From the NCBI RefSeq assembly GCF_006345805.1, contig NC_043023.1:5890001-5954000 (forward strand): a stretch of DNA of 64,000 bases. Direction: 5' to 3'. The stretch is from Octopus sinensis. Its lineage: Eukaryota. A program made the translations under genes and the position numbers. Below, in pieces: positions 49,010 through 61,700 of this stretch; the first letter of the stretch is position 1; each line of letters begins with the position of its first letter. Below the pieces are notes generated by a model. It did not search any database. It worked only from the letters and a program-made list of their open reading frames with translations, and was not told where the DNA came from.

Positions 49010-49397
49010 ACTAGCAGTATCGCCCGGCGTTGCTCGGATTTGTTTTCAACAACCCTAGAATTGGAATTTTTGAAAAGTAAAATTGGCATTATGTAGCTTG
49101 TTATTCTCTTCAGTGAACATTTTTCTGGTTGAAATACACCGAAAAATGACGACACAGCAGTCAAAAATCGTTAAAAAATAGGATTTTCATAGAAAAAAAG
49201 CAGCTTTTTGATGTAAATAATTTTTGGTGTTAACATGGTCTGATTTGAATTTTTTCTTCTATGGAAGGAAGAGCAAGCCTTCTTCTATCATACTCTCAAT
49301 TTTTGTCAACTTGCGCTGCAGGGTCTCTCGGAGGAGATTGTGTTAGTTGAAGGCTACCAAACCTGCCACACACCACGACAACTTCAGTTTTATAATC
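49010..49397 (+). mobile_element. Helentron/Helitron-like element, same termini, different interior
   Basis: ACTAGCAGTATCGCCCGGCGTTGCTCGG start and caacttcagttttata end. Confidence 0.55.
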
Positions 49398-49659
49398 ATC
49401 ATCATCGTTTCGTTTAACGTCCGCTTTCCCTGCTATGCAGCATGGGTTGGACGATTTTGACTGAGGACTGGCGAATCAGATGGCTGCACCAGGCTCCAAT
49501 CTTGATTTGGCAGAGTTTCTACAGCTGGATGCCCTTCCAATGCCCACCCACTATCCGAGGTGTAGTGGGTGCTTTTTACATGCCACCCGGTACATGGGCC
49601 AGTCAGGCTGTACTGGCAACGACCCTCAACTCGAAATCTTTTTACATATAGAGATAATA

Positions 49660-50310
49660 ATTTCATTCATACATCGGTTGTTGTTGACGATGACGAGGAC
49701 ATCACATGGGAAAAGTAGATGGGTCACAGTGCATCGGCTGTGGCCAATCAGGCCAATGTGTGCTTTGGAAGTTCTGCTGCAGGTTGGGAACAGGTGAATT
49801 GCTGGGAATGAAGGTAAACAGTTGGCTCTGGACTTGTGCAGCTCATCTTTTCTTTGTGTTCCTGTGATTCTCTTCTGTTCATAGGAAGTGACACCACTGT
49901 TGGTACAGCTATGCCAGGTAGGGTGGTCCTGTGCTTGCATTTCCCAGGGTTGGTTTGAAAGCACTTCAGTGAGGCTTTGAGGGCCTCTTTGAAATGCTTT
50001 TTCTGCCCACTTTGTGTGCACTTGCCTTCTGCCGATTCATTGTAAAACAGTCTTTTGGGTAGCTATGTATCAGGCATTTGAACAAGGCAGCCTACCCACC
50101 CAACCTCCACTCTCCTCAGCAGTGTTTAAATGCTTGGTAGATCAGCTCAAGAGAGGACCTTTGTGTGCCCTCTGTATTAGGCCCTGTGTGGCCAATAAAA
50201 AACAATAAGAGAGGACCTCTGTGTCTGGTAACTTCTCTTGCTAAATGATCTTCAAAAGCTTTCTCAGACAATTCATGTGAAAGCAGTTTAGCTGCTTGGC
50301 ATGACATCCA
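49660..50310 (-). mobile_element. RTE (BovB-like) LINE 3' end, degenerate
   Basis: WEMQAQDHPTW...FPTCSRTSKAHIGLIGH resembles the RTE/BovB C-terminal zinc motif. Confidence 0.75.
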
Positions 50311-50576
50311 TAAACCATGCAAATCAGGCGTAGGAGTAGCTGTGTGGTAGGTAGCTTGCTTACCAACCACATAGTTCCAGGTTCAGTCCCACTGCGTGGC
50401 ACCTTGGGCAAGTGTCTTCTGCTATAGCCTCGGGCCAACCAAAGCCTTGTGAGTGGATTTGGTAGACGGAAACTGAAGAGAAGCGTATCATCATCATCAT
50501 CATTGTTTAACGTCCATTTTCCATGCTAACAGGGTTGGATGGTTCGACGGGGTCTGGGAAGCCAGGAGGCTGCGCC

Positions 50577-50619
<43 letters not shown>

Positions 50620-51037
50620 TGTGGTCTGTGTTTGTCCCCCCAACATTGTTTGACAACCGATGATGGTGTGTCTATGTCCCTGTTACTTAGCAGTTCAGCA
50701 AAAGAGACTGATAGAATAAGTACTAAGCTTACAAAGAATAAGTCCTGGGGTCGATTTGCTTGACTAAAGGCGGTGCTCCAGCATGGCCACAGTCAAATGA
50801 CTGAAGAAGTAACAGAGTAAAGAAAGTAAAGAGTATTACGTTTACATATAAATTTCAGGCTATTATACATTAGGGGACAAGGCACATTTCCCAAGGGCAG
50901 GAGTGGCTTAGTCAGACCCTGGTATATGAACTGGTACTTAATGCTGTTGAGTCTGAAAGGTGGAAAGGTGGCACTGACCTCACAAAAATGCAAGTGGACA
51001 CACAAACACACAAGCATGCAGACTTGCAGTAGTAGTA

Positions 51038-51068
<31 letters not shown>

Positions 51069-51190
51069 AGTAGTAGTAGTAAAGGTGCTGGTTGTGGTAG
51101 TAGCAGTAGTAGCATTTATTGTGTTTGGAGGAAGCATATAAAAAGGGAAATGAATGCCTGGTATCAGAATGTGCCAGGTTCAATACTCAC

Positions 51191-51334
51191 CAAAGACATA
51201 TAGAAAGGCATTAGCGAAGATATACCCATGGATATTACTGATATTACACTGGATGGTCATGGAATCTTGGTATGTGAGGTTGATGACAGTCAGGTTGGTT
51301 TCCTGTACTATAAACTTATTTTTATTGGGATATT
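51191..51334 (-). CDS. Nrg: Neuroglian/L1CAM-like exon, Ig4 C-terminal half (EYPNKNK...IQCNISNIHGYIFANAFLYVF)
   Basis: ttttatttttgcag acceptor, G|GTGAGT donor, 144 nt, phase 1->1. QCNxSNxxGYxxANAF is the characteristic L1/NrCAM/neurofascin Ig4 end. Confidence 0.93.
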
Positions 51335-51377
51335 CTGCAAAAATAAAATGTTTATAAACATTAATAATAATAATAAC

Positions 51378-51412
<35 letters not shown>

Positions 51413-51420
51413 TAATAATC

Positions 51421-53746
51421 AACTTCTGGTTGAAATATCTAACAGGAATGCACAAAAAGCTGGCTGAAAACTTTAACAACGTACTAGCAGAGCCAGAGAC
51501 AATGCCTGAATGGCTCACGAAGGGGAAAACCATCTTAATTCCCAAATCAAATGAGACAGCAAAACCAGAAAACTACAGACCAATAACCTGTCTCCCTACG
51601 ACGTACAAGTGGTTTACTGCAAGTGGTTTACTGCAGTGATGTCGCAAAGGTTGAACAAGCACCTAGACGAAAACAACCTGTTTCCAGAAGAGCAGAATGG
51701 ATGCTGCAAAGGCTCATATGGCTGTAAAGATCAACTAATGATCAATAAAGCCATAACTGAAGACAGCCACAGAAAGAAGAAAGGCCTCAGTATGGCCTGG
51801 ATCGACTACAAAAAGGCGTTTGATAGCATCCCCCACACATGGATCCTCGAAACACTAGCCATTAACAAAGTAGCACCAACAATTATAAAATTCATAGGAC
51901 ACTCTATGAATAAATGGCAAACAGTGCTACAGCTCCAAACAAAAGAGGGACTCATGAAAACCAAAACCATCCCCATTAGAAGAGGAATATTCCAGGGAGA
52001 TACGCTCTCTCCACTTCTTTTCTGCTTGGCACTGTCACCTCTATCTGATATGCTAAATAGAACTGGATGCGGATATAAATGTTACGGTAAAACGATCAGC
52101 CACCTTTTATATATGGATGACCTAAAACTATACGCTGCAAAGGACAAACAGCTGGAAACACTATTAAAGACAGTTCATGGATTTACCAAAGAAATAGATA
52201 TGAAATTTGGATTAGAAAAATGCGCCAAAGTAACTATGAAAAGCGGAAAACTAGTTAAGAGTAGCAACATCACACTAGATAAAACCAATGAAATAAAAGA
52301 ATTAGACCAAAACCAAACTTACAAATACTTAGGAATCCATGAACTAGATAAGACACAACACACACAAATGAAAGAGAAAATAAAAAAAAGAATATTATAG
52401 ACGAGTTAGATCAATACTAAAAACAGAGCTCAATGCTAAAACCAAGATAATAGGTATTAACACTTTAGCTGTCCCAGTTATAAGTTACAGCTACAATATC
52501 CTTAACTGGACACTAAATGAACTGACCAAAATAGATAGGAAAACAAGAAAAATAATGACAGGATCTAGGATGCATCACCCAAAATCTGACATAGAAAGAC
52601 TATATATACAACGTATAGAAGGTGGTAGAGGCCTTATACAGCTGGAAAACTACTACAAAATAACCACCATAGGACTGCAAAAATATCTACTTCAGAAGGA
52701 AGGAAAACTGATACAAATAGCGGCAAAACACGAGCAAAACAAAAAACTGTTCTCAGTATTTAAGGAAGCTGACAAATACAAACAAGAAATCATACCACCT
52801 AACAAATATAAAGGAGAAGAAGATGAAGAAACAACAAAAGCTATAAAACAAATGAAATCCAAACTAAAACTAGAACAGCAACGAACCATGATAAAATGAT
52901 GGCAAGAAAAACCCCTTCATGGTAAATACTGGACTAAACAAAATGCAAAAGAAATAGACAAAGAAAAATCCCAGCAATGGTTGAGAAGCTCAGGACTCAA
53001 AGCAGAGACAGAGGGATTTTTAATTGCAGCACAAGACCAAAGCCTCCCCACCAGAAATTACCAAAAACATGTAATGAAAAGAAATATTACAAGTAACTGC
53101 AGAATATGTGGAGATGGACAAGAAACAATAAATCATATTATCTCTGGCTGCCCAGTCCTGGCTAAGAAAGAATATATTCACAGACATGACAGAGTTGGAG
53201 CCTATGCCAACATTATGGAATAACAACAGAAAAAAGATGGTATAGGCACACACCAGAAAAGGTCACTGAAAACGAGAAAGCAACCATACTCTGGGATATG
53301 CTGATATACACAGATAGAGAAATTAAGGCCAACAGACCAGATATAGTTGTCAGAGATCATGAAAAAAAGAATGCTTTCTAATTGATGTATCAATACTGGC
53401 AGATGACAACGTGTCTCTAAAAGAAATGGAGAAACTTTCAAAATACAAAGACCTAGAAATGGAGGTAACCAGAATGTGGAATCTAAAAACAGAAACAATT
53501 CCTATCATAGTAGGTGCATTAGGCATGAAAAAAAAAATATTCAGACAAATACATAACAAAAACACCAGGACTTACAAACACATATAACATACAGAAAATT
53601 GCACTACTAGGCACTGAACACATCCTACGCAGAACACTTTCCATACAATAACCATCAGAGCATCACAACAAATCACAGCACATACCCAAGGCACACAGAG
53701 CTGCGCTCGGTACTGAAGTGAAAGCACTCTATAAAAAATAATGCTA

Positions 53747-53780
<34 letters not shown>
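51421..53780 (+). mobile_element. R4/Dong-like RLE non-LTR retrotransposon, 5'-truncated pseudogene copy in an (AAT)n tract
   Basis: YRPITCL, WIDYKKAFD, GIFQGDTLSP, YMDDLK, CCHC knuckle CRICGDGQETINHIISGC, RHD, RPD and IALLGT motifs. (AAT)n on both sides; a 14-nt duplication at ~51606-51633 and further frameshifts and stops. Confidence 0.93.
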
Positions 53781-54503
53781 TTAATGTCCCACTGCATGGC
53801 ACCTTGGGCAAATGTCTTCTACTATAGCCTCGGGCTGACCAAAGCCTTGTGAGTGGATTTGGTAGACAGAAACTGAAAGAAGCCCATCATATATATATAT
53901 ATTGTAGTTTTATTTGTATCGTTTTTACATCCTGTTTGTGTTACATTTTTTCTTGCTTGTTTTTACCCCTCTGCGAGGTAATTTTATTTTAATTCTCTCG
54001 CAGGAAGGATTAGTTTGGCGAGTCGTGTCCTGTCTTGCCTTCGAAACACGCTGGAGTCGAACTAGTGACAGCTGATGATAGGGGATTTTTCCTTGTGTAG
54101 TATGTCCTGTACTCTGTTTTTCTGTTGTAAAAAAATGGTTTTTCCGTTTTCATTTCTCATTGAGTTCTACGTCTAGTTGTGGTGTCCTGTACTCACGTAT
54201 ATATATTTATATATGCATGTATATATACATGTAGATGTAGGTACGTACATATATGTTTGTATGTATGCATATATTTTATTTATTACACTATATATATATA
54301 TATATATACATATGTACATGTGTGTATATGTTTGTGTGTCTGTATTTGTCCCCCCAACATCACTTGACAACTTAGTGGTTCAGCAAAAAGAGACCGATAG
54401 AATAAGTACTAGGCTTACAAAGAATAAGTTCTGGGGTCGGTTTTGTTGACTAAAGGCGGTGGCCCAACATGGCCACAGTCAAATGGCTGAAGCCAGTAAA
54501 AGA

Positions 54504-54544
<41 letters not shown>

Positions 54545-55012
54545 CATCATCATCGTTTAGCGTCCGCTTTCCATGCTGGCATGGGTTGGACGGTTCAACC
54601 GGGGTCTGAGAAGCCAGAAGGCTGCACCAGGCCCAGCCTGATCTGGTAATGTTTCTACAGCTGGATGCCCATCCTAACGCCAACCACTCCATGAGTGTAG
54701 CGGGTGCTTTTTACGTGCCACCGGCACAGGTGCCAGACGAGGCTAGCAAACGGCCACGATCAGATGGTGCTTTTTATGTGCCACTGGCATGGAGGCAGTC
54801 AGGGCAGCGCTGGCAACGGCCACGTTCGGATGGTTCTCTTATGTGCCACGGGCACTGGTATCACAGCTACGATTTCCATTGAAGTTGATTGATTTTGATT
54901 TTGATTTTGATTTTCACTTGCCTCAACAGGTCTTCACAAGTAGAGTTTTGTGTCCCAAGAAGGAAAGGTATGCGTAAGTGGACTGAGGCCATGGGTTAAT
55001 AATAATAATAAT

Positions 55013-55890
55013 ACTTTAGAAAGGTTTGACGTAACTCTTCACAGAGGTAAACAGTGAAGATGAAGAGCATGATTCGATTGTAAGGTATTTTAATAGTTGA
55101 ATGATATTTCAACAGTACATCTGTCTTTGTCAAGTTCAAAATAAGAAGTGATAAAAATTCAAAATTACAGAGATTTAAACGTAAAGTATGAATGAGAGCA
55201 ATCAGTGTCCACACGTTGATGGAATGACATCATCAGTTTCTAAGTTACAATTTTGTAAGAGGCGAAAAGAAAAAGACAGAAAAAAAATAACAGAAAAAAG
55301 GAAAGAAGAATATTTAATCAAACAGTTTTGTATAAATTTGATGATGTTATCCTTTCCTCCTGGGCGTGATGTTAATAACCTTCAAACACATTTCCCCTCA
55401 TGCATTTTGAGTATTGAAAGTGTAGCAGATTCAGAATATTTTCTGAGAATATGCATTTTCAAGTTTTCTTCAAAATTGAAGCCGCTTGAAACAAAATATT
55501 CAGCAAGTTCTGTCGAACTACTGTTATTGAGCCTGATGTCGAATCTGTGCCCATTAAACCTTTTCTTTAATTGTTCTGTTGTGCAACCAACATAAATTAA
55601 GTTGTGTTTCGTGCATTCTGCAGCGTACACCAAATAAATATCTTTACATGTTCCACCTTCTGTATAAATCTGATGGAATTCACTTCACTCATGTTGTTGC
55701 ACAATGGACAGGGCTTACCTCTCTTGTGGCTGTTCTTTAAGGTACAGTGTGTAGATACTCCAGTGTTCATTTTCTTCGAGTCAGATATAGAGGTCAATAA
55801 TTCTCTTATATTCATATTCCGTCTAAAGGCTATGATAGGCAGCTGAGGAAATATCTGCTTGAAGTGAGGATATTTTTTCGAGGATATCAT

Positions 55891-55893
<3 letters not shown>
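55013..55893 (-). mobile_element. Penelope-like element fragment: linker + GIY-YIG endonuclease, frameshifted
   Basis: PIIAFRRNMNIRELL, CPLC and LVYAAECTKHNLIYVGCTTEQLKKRFNGHRFDI. Confidence 0.88.
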
Positions 55894-55972
<79 letters not shown>

Positions 55973-56824
55973 GCCCCGATGCAATACAAGGCAGTGGCTC
56001 TCATAACTTCTGATCTTAACTGATTGGAAGTGTTATCATGTACATTGTTTTGTCTTGGTATAAAAGATGGGCTACAGCAAATATTCTGCTCAATACCACA
56101 GATTTGTTTCTCAGTTGTTTGACCTTAACCAGTTGAGCATGTCCCTTAGTGGCTGATGATATGAGCATCTCTGATCACGAGCAGAAATAGTGGGGGAGCA
56201 TCATAGCCATGTGTTGAGAAGGATTCTTTGGGGTTTGAATAATTCACCTCTGGAAACATGGGTGTTTCGTTCAACATCCTTAAACAGCCTTTATTCAGGG
56301 ACCTTTTGAGTGGGATGAGTTACTTGACCAGAAGAAAATTCTAACTGGGCCCCACCTGCAAGGTCATGTGCTGTTTATCTTGATATGAGATCACCATGTT
56401 GCGCACATATGGTTGTGATGCATGTGCCTAGTGTACCCTTATCAGACGGATAGTCATGATGGGTATACTGGGTTCGTATATTTTACCCCAGCGTCACTTT
56501 GATGGCATGCACTGCTCTCTCACTCAATAATAATAATAATAGAGTCAAAATTAAAAGAAGAGTGCCATTCTCATCTAGCGAACGATATAGCAACATCTCA
56601 TGTGTCTTCAACAGGTTCAAAACATAATTTTGTCAATCTACTTCATTTTGGTTAATATATAATATATGAAGTATATTATATATTAACCAAATACTGGGTT
56701 AATAATATGTGTGTGTGTGTGTGTATGTGCATGGATATGCATGTATTCACATATACACAAGTTCATAGTCATTGTCATCATCATCATCATCATCACCACC
56801 TCCATCATCAGTGTCACTACTTAC

Positions 56825-56959
56825 CGTTAATTCTCTTTCCATTGATGTACCACATGTGTTTACTGATGGGAGGTTTGCTAGTTCCATTACAGATGAAGGT
56901 AACTGAACTGCCCACACTGGTCACAATACTTCTTGGTTTTGTGGTCCATTCAGGCTTAG
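56825..56959 (-). CDS. Nrg: Neuroglian/L1CAM-like exon, Ig4 N-terminal half (SKPEWTTKPRSIVTSVGSSVTFICNGTSKPPISKHMWYINGKRIN)
   Basis: TTTCAG acceptor, G|GTAAGT donor, 135 nt, phase 1->1. PxW..P, C and WYING motifs. Not in the ORF track. Confidence 0.92.
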
Positions 56960-57052
56960 CTGAAACACACAATAACAACCATAACAATATCAACAACTAT
57001 AATATCAACCAAATCAGCAACAATATCAACAAGTACAACAATGATTGTGTGA

Positions 57053-57527
57053 TTGGGTATCACTCCATCACACTCTCTTCTCACTTGCTCTCGTTTCTAT
57101 CTCTTTATTTAGACAACATTTCTCTAACTCTCATAAGTATCAAACTCTTTAACATTCATAATGTTAAGGTGAGCTATGCTTGCGTAGATAATGACATTTA
57201 CAACATTTTATACTAAAACAAAAGAGAAACATGTACCACACACTCACTCACTCCATCCCATACGTTAGCCTGTAATTACTGATGCCACCAGCTGCCTACT
57301 GGGAGTATCCTGCCTCCCAAATTCTGTGGTCTGTAGAGCTACGCACACATCATCTAATGCCATCACGAGACATTATATAAGCATAAATGCCAATGGGCTT
57401 GAATGAAGATATATACATCACATGTACTCTTTCAGACATACTAATAAGGAAATCTCCTGTTTCTGTTCACACCTACACACACACCCACGCGCACAAACAC
57501 ACCTATATGCACACAAATGTACATTCG

Positions 57528-57558
<31 letters not shown>

Positions 57559-57808
57559 TCCCAGTAGGCAGCTGGTGGCATCAATATTTTCAGGCTAACG
57601 TATGGGATGGAGTGAGTGAGTGTGGTACATGTTTCTCTTTTGTTTTAGTATAAAATGTTGTAAATGTCATTATCTACGCAAGCATAGCTGACCTTAACAT
57701 TATGAATGTTAAAGAGTTTGATAATTATGAGAGTTCGAGAAATGTTGCCTAAATAAAGAGATAGAAACGAGAGCAAGTGAGAAGAGAGTGTGATGGAGTG
57801 ATACCCAA
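57053..57808. repeat. Inverted repeat, ~255-bp arms (57053-57308 / 57553-57808), probably PLE-derived
   Basis: Arms are nearly identical; the spacer encodes MPMGLNED, reminiscent of the PLE C-terminal P.GLN motif. Confidence 0.88.
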
Positions 57809-58133
57809 TATATATATATACATATAATATATATGCATAAATATACACATACACACCTATATACATACATATATATAATATTATATATAATATATATATA
57901 TAATATATATATATACACATACACACCTATATATATACATACAATCCAATATTATATATATATATATATGTATGTATATACAGGGAAACATATGCATTAT
58001 GTACAAGTCTACAAATGCTGGGCTTGGTACGACCACTCAAATGTCTTGAAGATAATGCTGCAGCTTGGCCACAGACCAAAGACTGAAACCAGTTAAAGAA
58101 TAAAAGAATAACGGAATACTTATTCAGATTTAC

Positions 58134-58339
58134 ATTCAATCTTCACGGTCATGACTCGTTGCATTGCCTGGCTGAAACTCGTTACACGTGCGTGGCATTC
58201 ATAGATTCCTTCGTCCTCAAACCCAGCATCCAGAATATTGAGCTGATGCTTAGAGCTGGAAAACCGATACTTTGTATTCTGCTCTATTTGTATTCTTCTC
58301 TCTTTAGTGTTTCGGAACCATCGGATTTCCGGTGTCGGA
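58134..58339 (-). CDS. Nrg: Neuroglian/L1CAM-like exon, Ig3 C-terminal half (PTPEIRWF...DEGIYECHAR...TVKIE)
   Basis: ttctcattctcag acceptor, T|GTAAAT donor, 206 nt, phase 2->1. Ig W and DxGxYxC motifs. Confidence 0.92.
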
Positions 58340-58736
58340 CTGAGAATGAGAAATAAGACATAAGGAGTTGGGGGGGCTAAAAACAAATGTAATGTTATAG
58401 ATAATACTTGCAGAAATACCCGGCATTGCCTGGGTTAAAGAAAATAACGAAATTTAAAAACGCTGTCTAGATTACTCAGATCTCGACTGCTATTAGCTGA
58501 GGTACCAACTTTCCACATTAACAACTCTCCAACCCATGCCAGCATGGAACATAGACATTAAGTGAAATGTTAAAACAAAGTTTTCAACTCATATCTCATC
58601 ATCATCATCATCATCGTTTAACGTCCGCTTTCCATGCTAGCATGGGTTGGACGGTTCAACTGGGGTCTGGCAAGCCCGAAGGCTGCACCAGGCCAGTCAG
58701 ATCTGGCAGTGTTTCTACAGCTGGATGCCCTTCCTA

Positions 58737-61700
58737 CCCGATGGACAGAAAGACAGTTTCTATGACACCCTATTGCAGACCACCTCATTGACGAACGACA
58801 GGGACCTTCTCTTTGTGGCTGGTGACTTCAATGGGCATGTTGGACGGCATGCTGGGGGCTTCCATGGCGTACATGGAGGCTATGGTTATGGTTCCCGCAA
58901 CGAGGAGGAAACCAGGCTGCTGGAGTTCTGCGATGCGAATAGTCTTATGGTTTGCAACACTAACTTCAGGAAACCGACAAGCCACCTGGTCACCTACAGA
59001 TCAGGCCGGCATACTAGCCAAATCGACTACATCCTTGCCAGAAAAAGGGAAAGATGGCTGCTTATAAATGCCAAAACCTTCCCAGGCGAAGAATGCACCC
59101 CACAACATAGACTGGTAGTTAGTGACTTTAGGATCAGGACTAAGAGGGCGACTAGAAGACGACCAACATGGAGAAGAAGGGTCTGGAAGCTTAAAGACCC
59201 TGCGAATGGACAGAGATTTAGAGATATGTTACTTGAAGCCTTTGACGAAATGGAAGGGGGTATAGCTACACATGGGGTAGAAGACAACTGGACGCTTCTG
59301 AGGGACAACCTGCTGAAAGCCACTGACCAGATCTGTGGCTGGTGCAAAGTCCCCTCAAGACCCAAAATAACGTGGTGGTGGAACAATACCGTTGACAGGG
59401 CTATTAGACAAAAGAAACAGGCTTGGAAGGACTGGAAGAATGGTGGTAGCAGGGAAGTGTATCAGACTGCCAGAAGGGAAGCTAGGAGGCAGGTGTATTT
59501 AGCCAGAGGGGAAGCAGATAAGAAAAAAATTTGCCAATGTTCTGAGCCGTGAGGATGAAAGACTTGAGGTATTTCGTGTTGCAAGACAGTGTGTGAGAGA
59601 GAATCGTGACGTGGTAGGTGAGAAATGTGTTCGCAAGGATGACGGTTCACTTGCGCTAAATGAGGATACAAAGAGAGAGGTATGGAGACGCCACTATGAA
59701 AGGTTGCTGAATGAGGAAAATGAATGGGATAAAGAGAGTCTGCCGAATGTCGACCCAACAGAGGGACCAGCAATCCAAGTTGACAGTTCCTTAGTAGTTA
59801 AGGCAATTAGAAGCATGAAAACAGCGAAAGCCCCAGGCCCATCAGGAATTACTGCAGAGATGCTCAAAATATCTGGTAGTGTCGGCTATAGCCTAGTCAC
59901 CCGTATAGTTAACCAGGTGATACACAAAGGAGTCATACCCAATGACTGGTGTAGCAGCATAATAGTCAACTGCTACAAAGATAAAGGTGACGCCTTAGAT
60001 ACAAATAACTACAGGGGTATCAAGCTGCTGGATCAGGTAATGAAGGTTACAGAGAGGGTTATAGCCCAACTAATTAGAGAGAGAGTTAGCTTAGATCAGA
60101 TGCAGTTTGGGTTCGTGCCAGGGAAAAGTACTACTGATGCTATATGCCTGGTAAGACAGCTGCAGGAGAAATACCTAGCCAAAGATAAGCCCCTGTACCT
60201 GGCTTTTGTTGACATGGAGAAAGCCTTCGACAGAGTCCCCCGATCTCTTATCTGGTGGTCAATGAGGAAACTAGGGATAGATGAATGGTTAGTGAGAGCT
60301 GTACAAGCCATGTACAGAGACGCTGCTAGTAAGATGAGGGTGGGCATCGAGTACAGTGAAGAATTCAGGGTAGAGGTTGGGGTCCACCAAGGTTCAGTCC
60401 TCAGTCCCCTCCTATTTATCATAGTCCTCCAAGCAATAACGGAGGAATTCAAGACAGGATGCCCCTGGGAGCTCCTCTATACTGATGACCTTGTTCTAAT
60501 TGCTGAGTCACTATCAGAACTGGAGGAGAAGTTTCAGGTGTGGAAACAAGGATTAGAATCGAAGGGCCTTAGAATCAACCTAGCCAAAACCAAAGTCCTA
60601 ATAAGTAGGAAGGTAGACCAATCACGAACGACTTCAGGTAGATGGCCCTGCTCAATCTATAAAAAAGGTGTAGGTAGAAACTCTATAAGGTGCACCAAGT
60701 GTAAGCTATGGACACATAAGAGGTGCAGCAATGTCAAAGGAAGGCTAACTAGGAAAATAGTTTTTGTCTGTGGCAGATGCTCAGGAGCAATAAACACTGG
60801 AAATGTGCAGAGACCAACTTCTACCACATTCCTGGGAGAAAAACTAGAAGTAGTTGATAGCTTCCGCTACCTAGGTGACCAAGTCAGTAGCGGGGGTGGG
60901 TGTGCTGAAAGTGTAACTGCTAGAGTAAGAATAGCCTGGGCAAAGTTTAGAGAGCTCTTACCCCTGCTGGTGACAAAAGGCCTCTCGCTCAGAGTAAAAG
61001 GCAAACTGTATGATGCATGTGTACATACAGCCATGCTACATGGTAGTGAAACATGGGCCGTGACTGCTGAGGATATGCGTAAGCTCGCAAGAAATGAAGC
61101 CAGTATGCTCCGATGGATGTGTAATGTCAGTGTTCATAATCGACAGAGTGTAAGTACCTTGAGAGAAAAGTTGGACCTAAGAAGCATCAGTTGTGGTGTG
61201 CAAGAGAGACGTTTGCACTGGTATGGTCATGTGGCGAGAATGGCTGAAGATAGTTGTGTGCAAAAGTGCTACACCCTAGCAGTTGAGGGAACCTGTGGAA
61301 GAGGTAGACCCAGGAAAACCTGGGACGAGGTGGTGAAGCACGACCTTCGTACTTTAGGTCTCACCAAGGAAATGACTAGAGACCGAGACCTATGGAAGTA
61401 TGCTGTGTGTTAGAAGACCCGGCAAGACTAGTGAGACCATAACCCGTGGCCTCTACCTGGTATGTAGCCAGTCGACTTATACATACCTTTCCTTCTTGGG
61501 ACACAAAACTCCACTTGTGAAGACCCGTTGAGGCAAGTGAAAATCAAAATCAAACCAAATCAAATCAGATATCAGAAAGCAGAACCAAAATCGAAGTCGA
61601 TCAACATCAATGGAAATTGCGGCTGTGATACCAGTGCCGGTGACAAGTAAGCGAACCATCCGATCGTGGCTGTTGCCAGCGTCGCCCCGACTGGCCTCCG

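Noticed and set aside
54020-54090. GAAAC...GTC...CTGATGA as a type II hammerhead
   Set aside because: Stem I and stem II do not pair; at best a PLE relic.
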